Numbered from the whole stretch's first letter, positions 1 to 13,066 are shown. The stretch: DNA of 63,925 bases, filler included, from Octopus bimaculoides (GCF_001194135.2; 8 parts of 7 records of this genome joined end to end with filler, not necessarily neighbours in it); one strand, 5' to 3'. Made by a program: numbers and translations. Notes: generated from the sequence alone by a model not told the origin.

Positions 1-57
<57 letters not shown>
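1..57. repeat. (AG)n microsatellite
   Basis: Pure AG dinucleotide run at the window start. Confidence 0.98.
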
Positions 58-60
<3 letters not shown>

Positions 61-604
61 AAAGAATGATGTGAAGTCGGATGTACAAAAATAATGTTTC
101 AGTGAATCTGAAACATATAGCAAGGGGAGAAAGTATGTGTAGTATTTATGATGACTTGAAAAGCAAAAAACAGAAAGATATTGCGAGAGAAAAAGAGGCA
201 GGAGATTTGGATAAAAGCTTTTTGGCAAATAACAGCGAATAAAAGTATTGCTTTGTTAAAGATGTATAGAATTACTGAAAAAAATATGGATGTTATGGTT
301 GTTTAGTTTATTATAAGTAGATGTAATTACGATTTTGGGTACAGCCGCTATTTTAAAATTAGTGTATTTAAAAAAATAACAAAGACCATGTTTTAGGGGC
401 TCCTGTAAAAATGTTTATTGTGATTTGTTAACGATGAAGGCATAGTTGCTTTTGTTGCTTGGTCTCGTAGTCCGTCGGTAAATTAAGTTTTTGATCGTAA
501 GTTTGGCGATGATAAACCAGTTTGATTCAGATATAGCGCAACTATATTTACATTTGTATCATTCCTTTCATAAGGGTACTGTATGATTTCGCAGCCATTT
601 TTCA

Positions 605-605
<1 letters not shown>

Positions 606-668
<63 letters not shown>
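606..668. repeat. (TAG)n microsatellite
   Basis: About 21 perfect TAG units. Confidence 0.97.
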
Positions 669-669
<1 letters not shown>

Positions 670-699
670 AATGAGGCTTTTGCTTGTTAGGCTGGTAGT

Positions 700-1260
700 T
701 ATGCAATGACTGTGGTGCTGGCTGATGTCATGATGGTGGTGGTGTCAGAAACAATGGTTGATTTGACTGTGGTGGTGTCAGTGATATTGGTGGTGGTGGC
801 GATAGCAGCAGTAGTGGTGTTGATTGTAGTGTTCTTGTTGTTGGTTCTGGTGTTAGTGGCCGTGGTGGCTAAGTACAACGATGTGGCGTTGTGGCATTTG
901 CAGTGTTGGTATGATAGTGATGATATTGGTGGTGGTGGCGATAGCAGCAGTAGTGGTGTTGATTGTAGTGTTCTTGTTGTTGGTTCTGGTGTTAGTGGCC
1001 GTGGTGGCTAAGTACAACGATNNNNNNNNNNNNNNNNNNNNNNNNNNNNNNNNNNNNNNNNNNNNNNNNNNNNNNNNNNNNNNNNNNNNNNNNNNNNNNN
1101 NNNNNNNNNNNNNNNNNNNNNNNNNNNCGGCGGCGGCGGTGGTGGCGGCGGCGGCGGCGGTGGTGATGACGCTGATAGTGGTCGTGATGGTGGTGATGGC
1201 GCTCCTACTAGTGCTGCTGACGTTGCTGGTGTTGGTGGCGGCGAGTCACGACGTGGGCAG
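700..1260. repeat. Degenerate (GTG/GTT/GCG)n low-complexity tract spanning an N gap
   Basis: GT-rich trinucleotide decay; source of the poly-Val and poly-Pro ORFs. Confidence 0.85.
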
Positions 1261-1599
1261 CGTCTTGTAAGGCAAAGCAATGCAAGGCGAAGCAACTTGA
1301 TGGATTGCGTGATAACAATTTTTACTGAGGTGTTTACGTCACAGACAACGGGTAAGTCACAAGAGCACGAAACAGATTAAATGATAGAGCAATGAGGAGA
1401 AAATCATGGTGAATAACAGAATTAATAAGATACTGCACGGAAAGTGATGCTAACAAGATGCACATAACCATGTCCTCTGTATTAAAGTTAGTGGCCTTCG
1501 TCAATTGCTCACTCTCGTACTGCGACCAATAGAAGCTAACTATCAACACTAGCACTAAAATACCAATTCCAGCAGCAAATTTGCCAATCTCAGTAACTG

Positions 1600-1641
1600 C
1601 CGTCACCATCGCCACCACCACTACCAACATCAACAACAACA

Positions 1642-1687
<46 letters not shown>

Positions 1688-2305
1688 ATTCAAATAATAC
1701 TATTGCTGCTGCTACTGCTACTGCTGCTGCTGCTGCTACAGCCAATATCGCTACAAGAAAAGCACACATAATTCACCACCGTCACTGTCAATAATATCAC
1801 AATAAACTTCACCACCGACACTACAACAGCCATCACTACAAATACTACTATTGTATTGGTCCTCGAAATCGCTATCATCATCGTCGTGTTTGCCATGAAC
1901 ACTCCATCGGGAATACCATCATCACCAACAGCAGGAGGAACATTATCGTTGAGTTTATAGTTGTCATCTACTACATACTCCTCTGCATTAGTGTCCTCCT
2001 TCTTCACAACATCATCATCATCATCAGCGCTACGTCTTCGTTTGTATAGTCATTAGTCAAATACACTATTACACATACACACACACAATAGAAACACAGA
2101 TAACAACACATACCATAGTACCTAGACTGCATTCACTAACTCTGCCAGCTATAATGCCAACTTCACCACCAACGACTATAAGCACTATGCCGAAACCGTT
2201 ATTATTATTATTATTATTTTTATTATTATTATTGTTATTATTATTATTTTTTTATTATTATCATTACTATCATTCATCATCATCATCATCATCATCATCA
2301 TTATA
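1600..2305. repeat. Compound trinucleotide low-complexity region (ACC/ACT/GCT/ATT/CAT)
   Basis: Visible runs at about 1640-1690, 1705-1740 and 2200-2303. Confidence 0.85.
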
Positions 2306-2401
2306 ATACATCGTTTGTAAAGTCAAATTTAAATATAAATAAATACACATATACATACGTACGTGTGTGTGTGCCTGCGTGTATTCACACATACATACAT
2401 A

Positions 2402-2442
<41 letters not shown>

Positions 2443-2579
2443 CTGTGTGTGTGTGTGTGTGTGTGTGCGTGTGTGTATAGAAAGAGGAGAGTTAATGAGA
2501 CAGAGAAACTCTATAATCTGCATGACATTCTGTTGCAAATACCCTTCTTGGGTGTCAATACATATGTCACTGTGTCTGA

Positions 2580-2638
<59 letters not shown>

Positions 2639-2663
2639 TACATAGATAAATAATAAGTGCATG

Positions 2664-2697
<34 letters not shown>

Positions 2698-3998
2698 AGT
2701 GTGCGTGTGTGTGTGTGTATGCGCGTGAGCATTTGTGTGTGTTTGTTTGTGTGTGTCTGTGTATGTATACACAAACCGATTTTAGTATGTCTACCTGTGG
2801 TGTTATTAACGAAAGAAAGAATAGAAATCTCTTCTTACCCTTTCTCTCCTACTTGCTCTTGTTTTTGCTATTGTTATTGTTGTTGTTTTCTTCTTCACTG
2901 CTACATTGAAATGGTGTATTCTTCATTTACATGTGCCTATTATCTGCCATACGCATGCAGGCACGTGCGCCGCTGATGGCTGGGTTTTGGAACTTACACA
3001 TATTGCAAGAGAGCCTGTGAACACAAGCACGCAGACATGAATACGTATGATGATGCATATATATATATGTATATATATGCATGCATGTGTGTGTGTAAAT
3101 ATGTGTGTGTGTGTGTGTGCTATGTATACATGAACCTGAACATACGTGCTAAAAATGCACGCAATCAAAACTATATGAATGAGCGTGCGTGTGAGTAAGA
3201 TGGTTTCGCGTCTTAAATATGTATCTTTAACAAAGCTGATAGAATATATTCTAGCGATAATGGAACTACATAAACATCTTTCAGAAGACAGTGACTGGGT
3301 TGTAAAGCGTCGATTTGGATGCTTTCCGGTTACCAATTTTAACTTGCCTTACAGGTTTCACTAAACTTGATTCTACCCATTGTTTACATAATATTTTTCC
3401 AACTCCAAAATCGATTAAGATCCACTGCGAAAGCTGGACCTTAGGAAGTGATGTACCTAAAAGCGGTTTTTGTTTCATTAGAATACTTCCTTCCGGAAGT
3501 ACAAGTATCGAGGTTTTGTCTCCCATTTATATCGTAGTGCTCTCCGCTTGAAAGTAGTGTATTGAAAGTGGCAGAGGTTGTGACTTGTGAAAAGTGCGTT
3601 TGTGTTCTCTTCTATGAAGAAACAATGTTTTACCTTCTTCATACATTATGTGTGCGCCTCTGTGGGCATGTGTGTTTGTATGTATGTCTGTAAAGCATGT
3701 TTGTATTGCTGGGAAGTAATATTTTCATATGAAGGCACAAAAAAAAAACGATTTAGTGAGCAGAGAGAAGATGCGCAGAGAGAAGATGAGCCAGGAAAAC
3801 GAGGACACGAGAAATGGACATAGAGATGTATATGCGTATTTCTATATATGTACGCATTCAATTTATACTATACATATATAAAGTAATATATATATTATAC
3901 GCACACACACACATATATATGTATGTATATATGTATGTATTTTGTATAAAACTACCACACATAATTGTGTGTATATATATATATATACATATGTTATG

Positions 3999-4038
<40 letters not shown>

Positions 4039-4041
<3 letters not shown>

Positions 4042-5762
4042 CTCAAATTCGGCAACTGGCCCCGATGGTTTCCCAGCTGTCCTCTTAAAGTCATGTAAAC
4101 AAGAATTAGCAGGACCACTCCGGATACTATTCCAGAGTTTCCTTGCAAATGGTAAACTTCCCAAAAAGTTGAAGGAAGGCACCATATGTCCTATCCATAA
4201 GGGTGGAAGCAGAGCAGAGGCTGGGAACTACAGGCCCATCTCTCTGACTTCACATATTAGCAAAGTCATGGAACGAATNNNNNNNNNNNNNNNNNNNNNN
4301 NNNNNNNNNNNNNNNNNNNNNNNNNNNNNNNNNNNNNNNNNNNNNNNNNNNNNNNNNNNNNNNNNNNNNNNNNNNNNNNNNNNNNNNNNNNNNNNNNNNN
4401 NNNNNNNNNNNNNNNNNNNNNNNNNNNNNNNNNNNNNNNNNNNNNNNNNNNNNNNNNNNNNNNNNNNNNNNNNNNNNNNNNNNNNNNNNNNNNNNNNNNN
4501 NNNNNNNNNNNNNNNNNNNNNNNNNNNNNNNNNNNNNNNNNNNNNNNNNNGCGGTGTTCCACAAGGAACTGTTCTGGGGCCACTACTGTTCATAGTGGCC
4601 CTTCTGGACATGCCCACGGTCACTCGGAGAGCCACTGTCACTAGCTATGCTGATGACACAAAACTATCTCAGGCAATAAAGAATCCTGATGATATTGTAA
4701 GCCTGCAGAATGACCTAAGTGCAATATATGAGTGGGCAGAGCAAAATAATATGCAGTTCAATGCAAAACAATTTCAAGTACTGCACTACAAGACCACAAG
4801 TACCTCCCAACTGGCATACACAGGGCCTGGAGGTACTGCAATCCCAGAACCACAAACAGTAAGAGATCTGGGCATCAACATGTGTAGTGATGCATCATTT
4901 CACATGCACATTGTCAAGTTGACAGCAAAGTGTAGACAACTGACAGGGTGGATACTTAGAACATTCCGTACAAGGGATCAAAAAGTCATGTTGACTCTAT
5001 GGAAGACATTTGTTCTGAGCCACCTAGACTATTGCTCTCAGTTGTGGTCACCACACAGTGTCAAGCGGACAGCAGAACTCGAGGCAATTCAGCGTCACTA
5101 TACAAAAAAAGATCGCCACAGTCCAACAGATGAACTACAGGGAGCGACTGAAGGCACTAGGTCTCTACTCCCTGGAGCGCAGGAATGAGAAATATGTAAT
5201 AATATACATATGGAAAATACTGGAAGGACTGGTGCCAAACTTTGGCATCAAGTACTACAGGAACGCCCGCACGGGTCGCCACTGCATGGTGCCAAAGGTA
5301 CCATCCACTGCATCTCACATAAGAACGAGATACTGCAGCAGCCTCNNNNNNNNNNNNNNNNNNNNNNNNNNNNNNNNNNNNNNNNNNNNNNNNNNNNNNN
5401 NNNNNNNNNNNNNNNNNNNNNNNNNNNNNNNNNNNNNNNNNNNNNNNNNNNNNNNNNNNNNNNNNNNNNNNNNNNNNNNNNNNNNNNNNNNNNNNNNNNN
5501 NNNNNNNNNNNNNNNNNNNNNNNNNNNNNNNNNNNNNNNNNNNNNNNNNNNNNNNNNNNNNNNNNNNNNNNNNNNNNNNNNNNNNNNNNNNNNNNNNNNN
5601 NNNNNNNNNNNNNNNNNNNNNNNNNNNNNNNNNNNNNNNNNNNNNNNNNNNNNNNNNNNNNNNNNNNNNNNNNNNNNNNNNNNNNNNNNNNNNNNNNNNN
5701 NNNNNNNNNNNNNNNNNNNNNNNNNNNNNNNNNNNNNNNAAATAAATAAATAAATAAATAAA
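4039..5762 (+). mobile_element. 5'-truncated CR1-group LINE (reverse transcriptase and C-terminal region) with (TAAA)n tail
   Basis: Motifs GPDG, NYRPISLTS, GVPQGTVLGPLLF, YADD, YCSQLWSP, YRERLKALGLYSLERR and WKILEGLVPN. One visible frameshift at the A-run near 5104-5110. Two N gaps inside. (TAAA)n at 5740-5762 is the inferred tail. Confidence 0.93.
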
Positions 5763-5809
5763 TATATATATATATTATTATTATTATTATATGTATTTAT
5801 TTTCTCTTA

Positions 5810-6143
5810 GTTAATAATTAACTCGGACAAAATAAATTGGTTAATAGATACCAGGGTAGCAAAGATCACAAAATGACTGCGGTGTAACTCCTGTTTATGA
5901 GGTAGAAACTCCTTGTTATTTTGGGTACTTGAGTAAATATATAAATTTAGTAAATGGCGTAAAACGCATATGTTAACTGAATACTTTTATTTCCAACATA
6001 TGTTTCGAAGATTACAAATTGTACCTTCCAAAGGAATAGGTGATGTTGATAAGAATGTAATCTTCTCTTCAGGGAAATGCATGGGAACCAGCTTAACCGT
6101 AAGACAAAATGTCTTACAGTTAAGCTGGTTCCCATGCGTTTCC
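5810..6143 (-). mobile_element. Penelope-like terminal-repeat (pLTR-type) fragment with hammerhead motif and terminal hairpin
   Basis: Diverged homologue at 39905-40194. Contains a hammerhead core. No ORF. Penelope assignment is inferred from the ribozyme type. Confidence 0.65.
5989..6078 (-). ncRNA. Type I hammerhead ribozyme
   Basis: Minus strand: stem I ATTTCC, core CTGAAGA, 10-bp stem II GAAGATTACA/TGTAATCTTC with a loop of about 40 nt, GAAA, palindromic stem III ACATATGT, triplet GUU, stem I' GGAAAT. Confidence 0.8.
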
Positions 6144-6710
6144 TGGTTTCTTTATTCTAAAGTCTGTATTTTGTATTGCATGTAAGTATACATCTCAACC
6201 CCTCCCGGTGTTTATTTGCCTCTCTCTCTGTCTCTCTCTCTGTCTCTCTCTCTCTCTCCCTCTTTCTCTCTCTCTCCCTCTTTATGTATGTATGTATATC
6301 AATCTTTCGATATATACATGTATATATATGCAAGGCAAGCTATCTGTGTTCATAAAATACAAGGTATTAAACTGCAGGAACGGTAGTTCATATGACCTGG
6401 TTATATTCAATTACATACAACAGTGCTGTACCATCGCATTACTTCGGGTGATCTCAGCATCTCAAAAGTGTCAAATAATTTTTTTGCCTGCTGAGCTAAG
6501 TCCTGTATGTGCGTATATATGAATCTGTGTGGGTGTACACGCGCATATATATGTGTGCTTGAGTGCGTGTTTCTTTTAGAGACTGATACAGATAGTTTTG
6601 CTTAAAATAGCTGAGAAGAAATTGCCTGAGTTTAGATTGAATTGTGATATTACTCACTGGATAAACAATTGATTAATCTGAGGGCGGATATAGATTCCTT
6701 TCTTATTTAA

Positions 6711-9006
6711 CCGCTCGTGGACCGGCGTGGTTGTAATTACACAAAATGTCATTAGGGTCACTCGGGACCCCTTTTATATTTGCGGATTTCTGCTCTGTCT
6801 ATAAAATAATATTTATTTAATCTTGTACATATGTGTAAGTGCTTGATGCAGAACAAAACATTTAGCACTTTATAGGTATATATTTGTAATTATTAGCGTT
6901 TAATGGGTGTGGGGTGCATTATAATATAATTTATTGACTGAAAAAATCCTTTATTGAAAAAAACCAATATTTCGTTTATAGTTTTATAAACTATACATAT
7001 AGCACTAAATATAAAACAAAACAAAATTATTTAGTGCATCGATTTATACCAGTACAAATACGAAGACAATAGACCTATAGTTCATTAGAACGTGGAGATA
7101 CAATCATTACATGCAAAGTTAGAATGGTCATCACAAATAGGCTCACTACATGCTGTGCATGATTTCTTTGTTTTCTTGTCAAGCTTCCTTAGACAGTTTT
7201 TACAACGTTTTTTTCGGATTCCTTTGGTTGATGCTGCGATGGTCCTTCTGTTTCTAGACTCTCAAAGGTTTCCATGCACACTACAACATGTTTTGGTAGA
7301 TTTGTGCGTTCTGCCAAGAAACGCCGTTGCAATTGCGGTTTTCAAAGTTGTTGAGTCGGAAAGGAAGTGCCAACGCTTTTGGTGTCCTGTATATGCATCA
7401 GGTTCTTTTTTCATGAAACAAACAGCAGAATTATATGCTGCGGCATCAAACATTCAGTAGAAAATAGCTAATTGCCATTTATTTGTTAGGCGTTTAGATG
7501 AGTAGTTATCGAGTAATTGGTCTATTGTATCTACTCCACCTCTAGTTGCATTATGGTCTGCAATCATATCTTGTTTGAAAGGTACAATTTCATATATTTT
7601 GTTGTAATAATGCATAGTGCTTAGTAAGATATCTGCCTAATTTACTTTTGGAGCATAACTGCAAATCATAAGAAGATGCTCTTTGCTGAAGCCGAACTTT
7701 GTTGAAAACAACTGATGACCCGAAGAGGCTTGGAGTGACGGAGGTATTTCACGTTTATTATTTCTCATGGTTCCTAAGATCGTCACATTTCTTGTAAGTA
7801 GTTCTACAGCAAAACCAACATCAGTAAAAAAAGTTGTCACATGTAATATTTCTACCTGAGTTTAGAGTAATCTTGCTGAAATTTCAAGCAACACTTTTAG
7901 CCTCCTGTCGTTCTGGACTTCCAGAGCGTTTCCCTGTGTATATCTGCTCATTTAGAAGGTAAGCATTACTAGCATCAATCATAGACGAAACTTCTATCCC
8001 ATATGTACTCGGTATTGATGGAATGTACATTCTGAATGAACACTTTCCTCTGAAGGACAACAGAAATTCATCAATAGATACATAAGGACCAGCTTTGTAA
8101 TTTATTTGACACGACTCAATAAGCCTCTGCCAAACTTCATATATAGGTGCCAACATTCCATGTTCACCACTTTTTCGAGCTGCACGTGTAGACATATCAA
8201 ACCTTATGCATCTTTTCAGTTCTTTGAACCTGTTAAGACTCATAGAAGCACTACAAATTGGTGGGTCTGTCTTTGTGCTAAATAGTTCATCAACTGGCCT
8301 TAAGGCATCATTGTTCAACCCAGCTCTGAGATGAAGACCTACCTATCTCATTATTTGAATATAATCTTCTTACCAATTTTCAGTGTAGAGAACTATCCAT
8401 CTTTGATTCGTTGCTTCATTTATAAGTTCCATTACTTCATCTGTGAGAAAAAAAAAACTAAATGTAGCAGAAACAGCATGGGAAGTTACAGCTACATGAA
8501 CGCTTGCACTTTCATGAAGCAGATTTTGGCGAACAGTGATCCATGCAGTACATTTATCTTTACCAACCTTCATGATCAGTTCCACTGTTACCAGTACTAT
8601 AACCTTCACTAAAATCATCATTGGATTCTTTCTTCATTTACTTTTATATCAGATATGTCACTATGGGAAGCACATTCTGGTGCTGAAAGTTCGTATGGTG
8701 CATCTACAATGGTTCTTTTGCCATAGAACATTGATTTACGGGTATACATTTGAAATATATCAATTTATATTCAGAATATCTGAAATAAGAATAGAAAAAA
8801 ATAATGGGATCTAGTTAGACCCCGCTAACCATATTTTATGCTATAACATATAACTGGAAATTTTAAAATTAAAATTAGTATGTGCATACATAAACTATTG
8901 ACGATAAAAGCGATGAGATATAAAATCATTTAAATAAAAGATGTAAAAGTTGCCTGACTTTTGAATTTTGCTGGAGTCCCAAGGGACCCCACCAGCCCAC
9001 GAAGGG
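6711..9006 (-). mobile_element. piggyBac DNA transposon, boundary-complete, decayed
   Basis: TTAA at 6707-6710 and 9007-9010. Imperfect TIRs CCGCTCGTGGACCGG and CCCTTCGTGGGCTGG (reverse complement of the right end). Subterminal GGG...GACCCC palindromes at 6755-6771, 8806-8823 and 8973-8990. Confidence 0.88.
7085..8724 (-). pseudogene. piggyBac (PGBD4-like, DDE_Tnp_1_7) transposase pseudogene
   Basis: FFFLTDEVMELINEATN, MSLNRFKELKRCIRFD, VSIDE (D1), FRGKCSFRMYIPS, TCDNFFT (D2), LGTMRNNKREIP, RGGVDTIDQ (D3) and C-terminal Cys-rich RCKNC...CTACSEPICDDH..ACNDC. Several stops and frameshifts. Confidence 0.95.
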
Positions 9007-9559
9007 TTAATTGATTACCTAAGCATCAGGGTTGTTTCAGTATATTTTGCTTTCGCGTATATTCATCGTGATTCTCACTCTTTCTCACACCGACACACCC
9101 ACACATATAGTAATTCTTACATTTTTTCCAGTATGCCATCTCCTTACCTCTCTCTTCTCCCTCTCTCATTCTCTGTCTTCCAATCTCTCTTCCCCTATCT
9201 CCCCTTCTCTTTCTCGCTCTCTTTTTATTATTGTCTTCTTTCTAGCTGTTATCATCTCTATAGTATGCGAGTTATCGTTGTCTTTCTTTTTTTATATTAT
9301 ACCTATTACCTAGCGCATCCACACTGTATAGATATATAATACATCATAGGCGAGTAGATGTCAGAATCAATTGTACAATAGCCTTGCAGTAAATGTTTAG
9401 ATCCATTTACTTACTGATTTAAAATCCATTTCTTGACTATGAGAAACTACAACAGTAATAGCTTCACTATTTATCAACGACGGCCACCAACAACTACACC
9501 CCCTCTCAGAGAAAAAAAAAAACGCCAGCAATACTTCCTTCTATTTTACGCACAAAAGC

Positions 9560-10090
9560 AGCCTAATCTAAGAAGCCGTACTTGATTTAAACGACCAGGA
9601 ACTTCGTCAGTACTTTATTAATATAAGGTACTGAGGAGAGATCTCAGTAACTAAGGAGAGATCGAAAGCAAAGTTGGTCACGCTGATATTTGTACTCAGA
9701 ACTTAGTGCTAGAAGAAATACTGCAAAACATTTTCTCTGATATTCTAACGATTTTTTCAGCACAGCGATTTATTGCGGAGGAGATATTACCCACGTCGCC
9801 AGTAGCTACTCCAAAATGTCTACGAGATAATACCTGCGCCTGAGGTATGATATAGTTGCAACGACTATTTACAATGCTATCCGTAGGAACGACTGCCCTG
9901 ATGTATACATCAAAGTTATAACAGAGCCAGCAAGCATTCACATCTTTAAAGACAAGGAATATTAGTAGGACATCCTACTAAAAACTTCAATTTGGTGCAA
10001 ACATAACAAACCTGATATTCTTCTATGGGATTGGCAACACAAGTCATGCGCTGAGGAGAGGTCAACTGCGTAGAAAATGTGATTGTACAA
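9560..10090 (+). mobile_element. R4/Dong-like (restriction-like endonuclease) LINE, C-terminal fragment
   Basis: Manual translation from 9780: GDITHVASSYSKMSTR*YLRLRYDIVATTIYNAIRRNDCPD...KEY**DILLKTSIWCKHNKPDILLWD, a decayed CCHC, RHD and PD region. Confidence 0.75.
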
Positions 10091-10613
10091 TGAAAAGTTC
10101 AGGAAAAGGGAACCTTTATGGCAAATTAATGCGGAACTTACTTTGACTATGCATTCTCATTTGTATCTATCATCATAGGTGCATTAGTTTATGTACCAAC
10201 AAATTTGCACAAAAACCTGGAAATACTTGGAAAAAGACCGATAAAAATTGTGGATTTTTTAAATCCAATCTATCAGTGGCACGGTGAAGATTCCAGAAAT
10301 GTTCCACCTGAGATTCTTTAGGTGGATACATGCACAAACATTTGGGTATATATGCATCGACAGTTCAACCAATACACCAACTCAACCACATTTTCACAAA
10401 TACTGGGAACTCTCTTAAATCAAAACTAGTCTTGTAGCTTTATTAGCAACCGTCTTCAACTCTCTCAAGAACTTAAATTAAATTCAAAGAAAAAAAACAT
10501 ACATGACTGCATGCATGTGTGTATACATACACACACTCACACACTCACACACACACATACATGCATATATACATACATGCATGCATGCATACATACATAC
10601 ATACATACATACA

Positions 10614-10644
<31 letters not shown>

Positions 10645-11314
10645 GTACGACCGGGTCTCACTAATTTTAGTCTACTAAATTCTCTTACAAAGCATTGGTT
10701 GGCCCGATACTACAGTAGAGACACCGATGTTATGCGAACCTCTTAGGTACATATGCATAATTGATAACTTATATGTATTTTTAAATTATTCACATTGTCA
10801 CTGAATATTTATTCACGAAAATGTAATACGTTTATTTTTTAGTTGAACATTATATGTATTTACGCATATATCGTTGTGTGGATAGGCATCTACGTTGACA
10901 GGCTGGTCATATCAAATAAAGTGTTAAATACTTACAGTATGCAGGTTAATAACTCCAGTTTTCTGTGGTTGCTGGATTTCATGTGAATATAAATAGGGTG
11001 GCCACTTGTTTCTTTGATATTGATCGAGACACCGCTTTAAAAAGGCAATAAGTTTAGAATATCGACAAAGGATGTTCATCAATCTCCCAGTCTACGGGGA
11101 AGGAGATAAATTTACTATATTTGTACGTCAACAAACGGAAGTTTACACCTTTACGAAAAAAAAAAAAAAAGAAAACGAAGAATTTATTTTGGATACATTG
11201 CCTTAGTTTTCTAAAGTATTAAATTAAGATAATTGACCTAGTTCTTTCTTCTACTTGAGCGAGAGTGTACACCGTTAGTCCACTATACTCATTTAAAAAG
11301 AAATACTAACGGTT

Positions 11315-11530
11315 CACACTATGGTTGTGTGGTAAATATTGTATTCCCTGTTGCCTAAACGCGATATGGTTACAATAATCACAACTGCACTGGTAAATTT
11401 TCAGTTTGAAATTGCGATATCTCATGTTTGATTCCCTCAACATAGCACCTAGGACAAACATATTTAACAATAGCCTCGGACCCATGTTTTCTGAATGGAA
11501 CTGGATAAACGGAAACTCTAAATAAGACTG
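11315..11530 (+). mobile_element. Highly decayed tRNA-derived SINE (family B)
   Basis: Resembles the copy at 54151-54310: TGGTTGTGTGGTAA head, ATAGCCTCGGACC, GGATAAACGGAAACT. Confidence 0.45.
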
Positions 11531-12850
11531 TGAGATGGTTTGCACCAATAATCTAATGACCCGACCTTGTTGCGCATACACATTGTGCCACACTAATAGA
11601 ACTTGTGAATTACTTTAGATGTAGAAATATCTTTGGAGCACACAATTACTTGCTAATTCAGTTTATAAGTCTTTCAGTTAATCGAACAATTGAACATTCT
11701 AGGCCGAAACTGCCGGAGAGCCATAATTTTACTTTTTACATATAAGAACACTAGTTTCATTGGATTTCAAACTTAACTCTTACATACATATCAGAACTTA
11801 TGCCTCACGTTTCTTACATTCCGATCGATCCATACACAAATACACTTAATTATATGAATGTAGATATACGCACATATAACAAATGTATATATGTATATAC
11901 GTTTATATATATATATATATATATATNNNNNNNNNNNNNNNNNNNNNNNNNNNNNNNNNNNNNNNNNNNNNNNNNATATACATACATATATATCTACATA
12001 TTAATATACAATGTGCGCGCGCGTGTGTGTGTACATGTTTGTAAGCATAATGTTTATGTCTACTACGGTGGAAAGTTCTTGAATTAGTTGTCCTTCGAGC
12101 AATGCCATGACATTTACATTGTTTTCCGATCCCAAATGCCCTTCGCGAATATTCGCTCCCAAAACACTCACACACACACACACGCACACACACACCTCTT
12201 CATCACTACCCTCCCGTGCATACACACAAACATACAAACACAAACACACAAACACACACACACATACACATACACATATACATTGCTTAAATCTTAAGCA
12301 AAGTTACTGGCAAGATGTCAACTTAATGCTGTTTGTATATGCACGTAGATTTGATAGTCAGTTTCAAAGAATTCATTGATTTTCATTCAATCAATTGCTT
12401 TGAAATCAGACTTGAAATCAACAGAATCTTTTCTTCAGTAACTTTTGGAATATCTTATTATAACAACAGCAACAACAACAAATGCAACAGCAACAACAAA
12501 TACAACTGCAGCATCAATTCTACAGCAACATAAATGTTATTAATTTCTTTATTAGCCACAAGGACTTAATGTTGCAATAAATTACATGAATATGCAGTAC
12601 TGAAACAAACAAGGAATGAGACACGTTATAAAATAAAATGTGGATACAATATTAAAATTGATAAAAATGATATGTGAAGTAATTAATTGGAACAATTAAT
12701 AAATTAAAACAAAATTAAAACATTACGTAATTTAAATCGAAAATGAATTGTAAAAAAATATATAGGGCTTTTCATGAATGTGGAGTGAAAAATCCGTCAT
12801 TAAGTTGGGTTACAGCAAGCATTTCTCTCCTGGTAGGCTTAAGAAGTAAG

Positions 12851-13066
12851 TATTCTTTTCTACTCTAGGCACAAGGCCCGAAATTTTGGGGGAGGAGGAC
12901 AGTCGATTAGATCGACCCCAGTACGCAACTGATACTTAATTTATCGACCCCGAAGAGATGAAAGGTCAAGTCGACCTCGGCGGAATTTGAACTCAGAATG
13001 TAAAGACAGACGAATTACCGCTTAGCATTTCGCCCGGCGTGATAACATTTTTGTCAGCTCGCTGCC
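12851..13066 (-). mobile_element. SINE family A, full length, with candidate TSD
   Basis: Reverse complement of the GGCGAGCTGGCAGAA...TTCAAATTCCGCCGAGGTCGAC...GGCCTTGTGCCTAGAGTAGAAAAGAATA family. Flanking TAGGCTTAA(G/A)AAG(T/A)AAG at 12834-12850 and 13068-13084. Confidence 0.9.

Noticed and set aside
782-1021. 101-bp exact direct repeat (782-882 and 921-1021)
   Set aside because: The second copy ends exactly at an N gap in low-complexity sequence; likely a contig-end artefact.
1334-1642. Hydrophobic 102-aa minus-strand ORF resembling a membrane protein
   Set aside because: Begins in a trinucleotide tract and has no recognisable domain.
3375-3430. Kinase-like LIDFGVGKIL peptide in minus-strand ORF 3281-3526
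   Set aside because: No HRD, APE or other kinase motifs nearby and only weak splice signals; probably chance.
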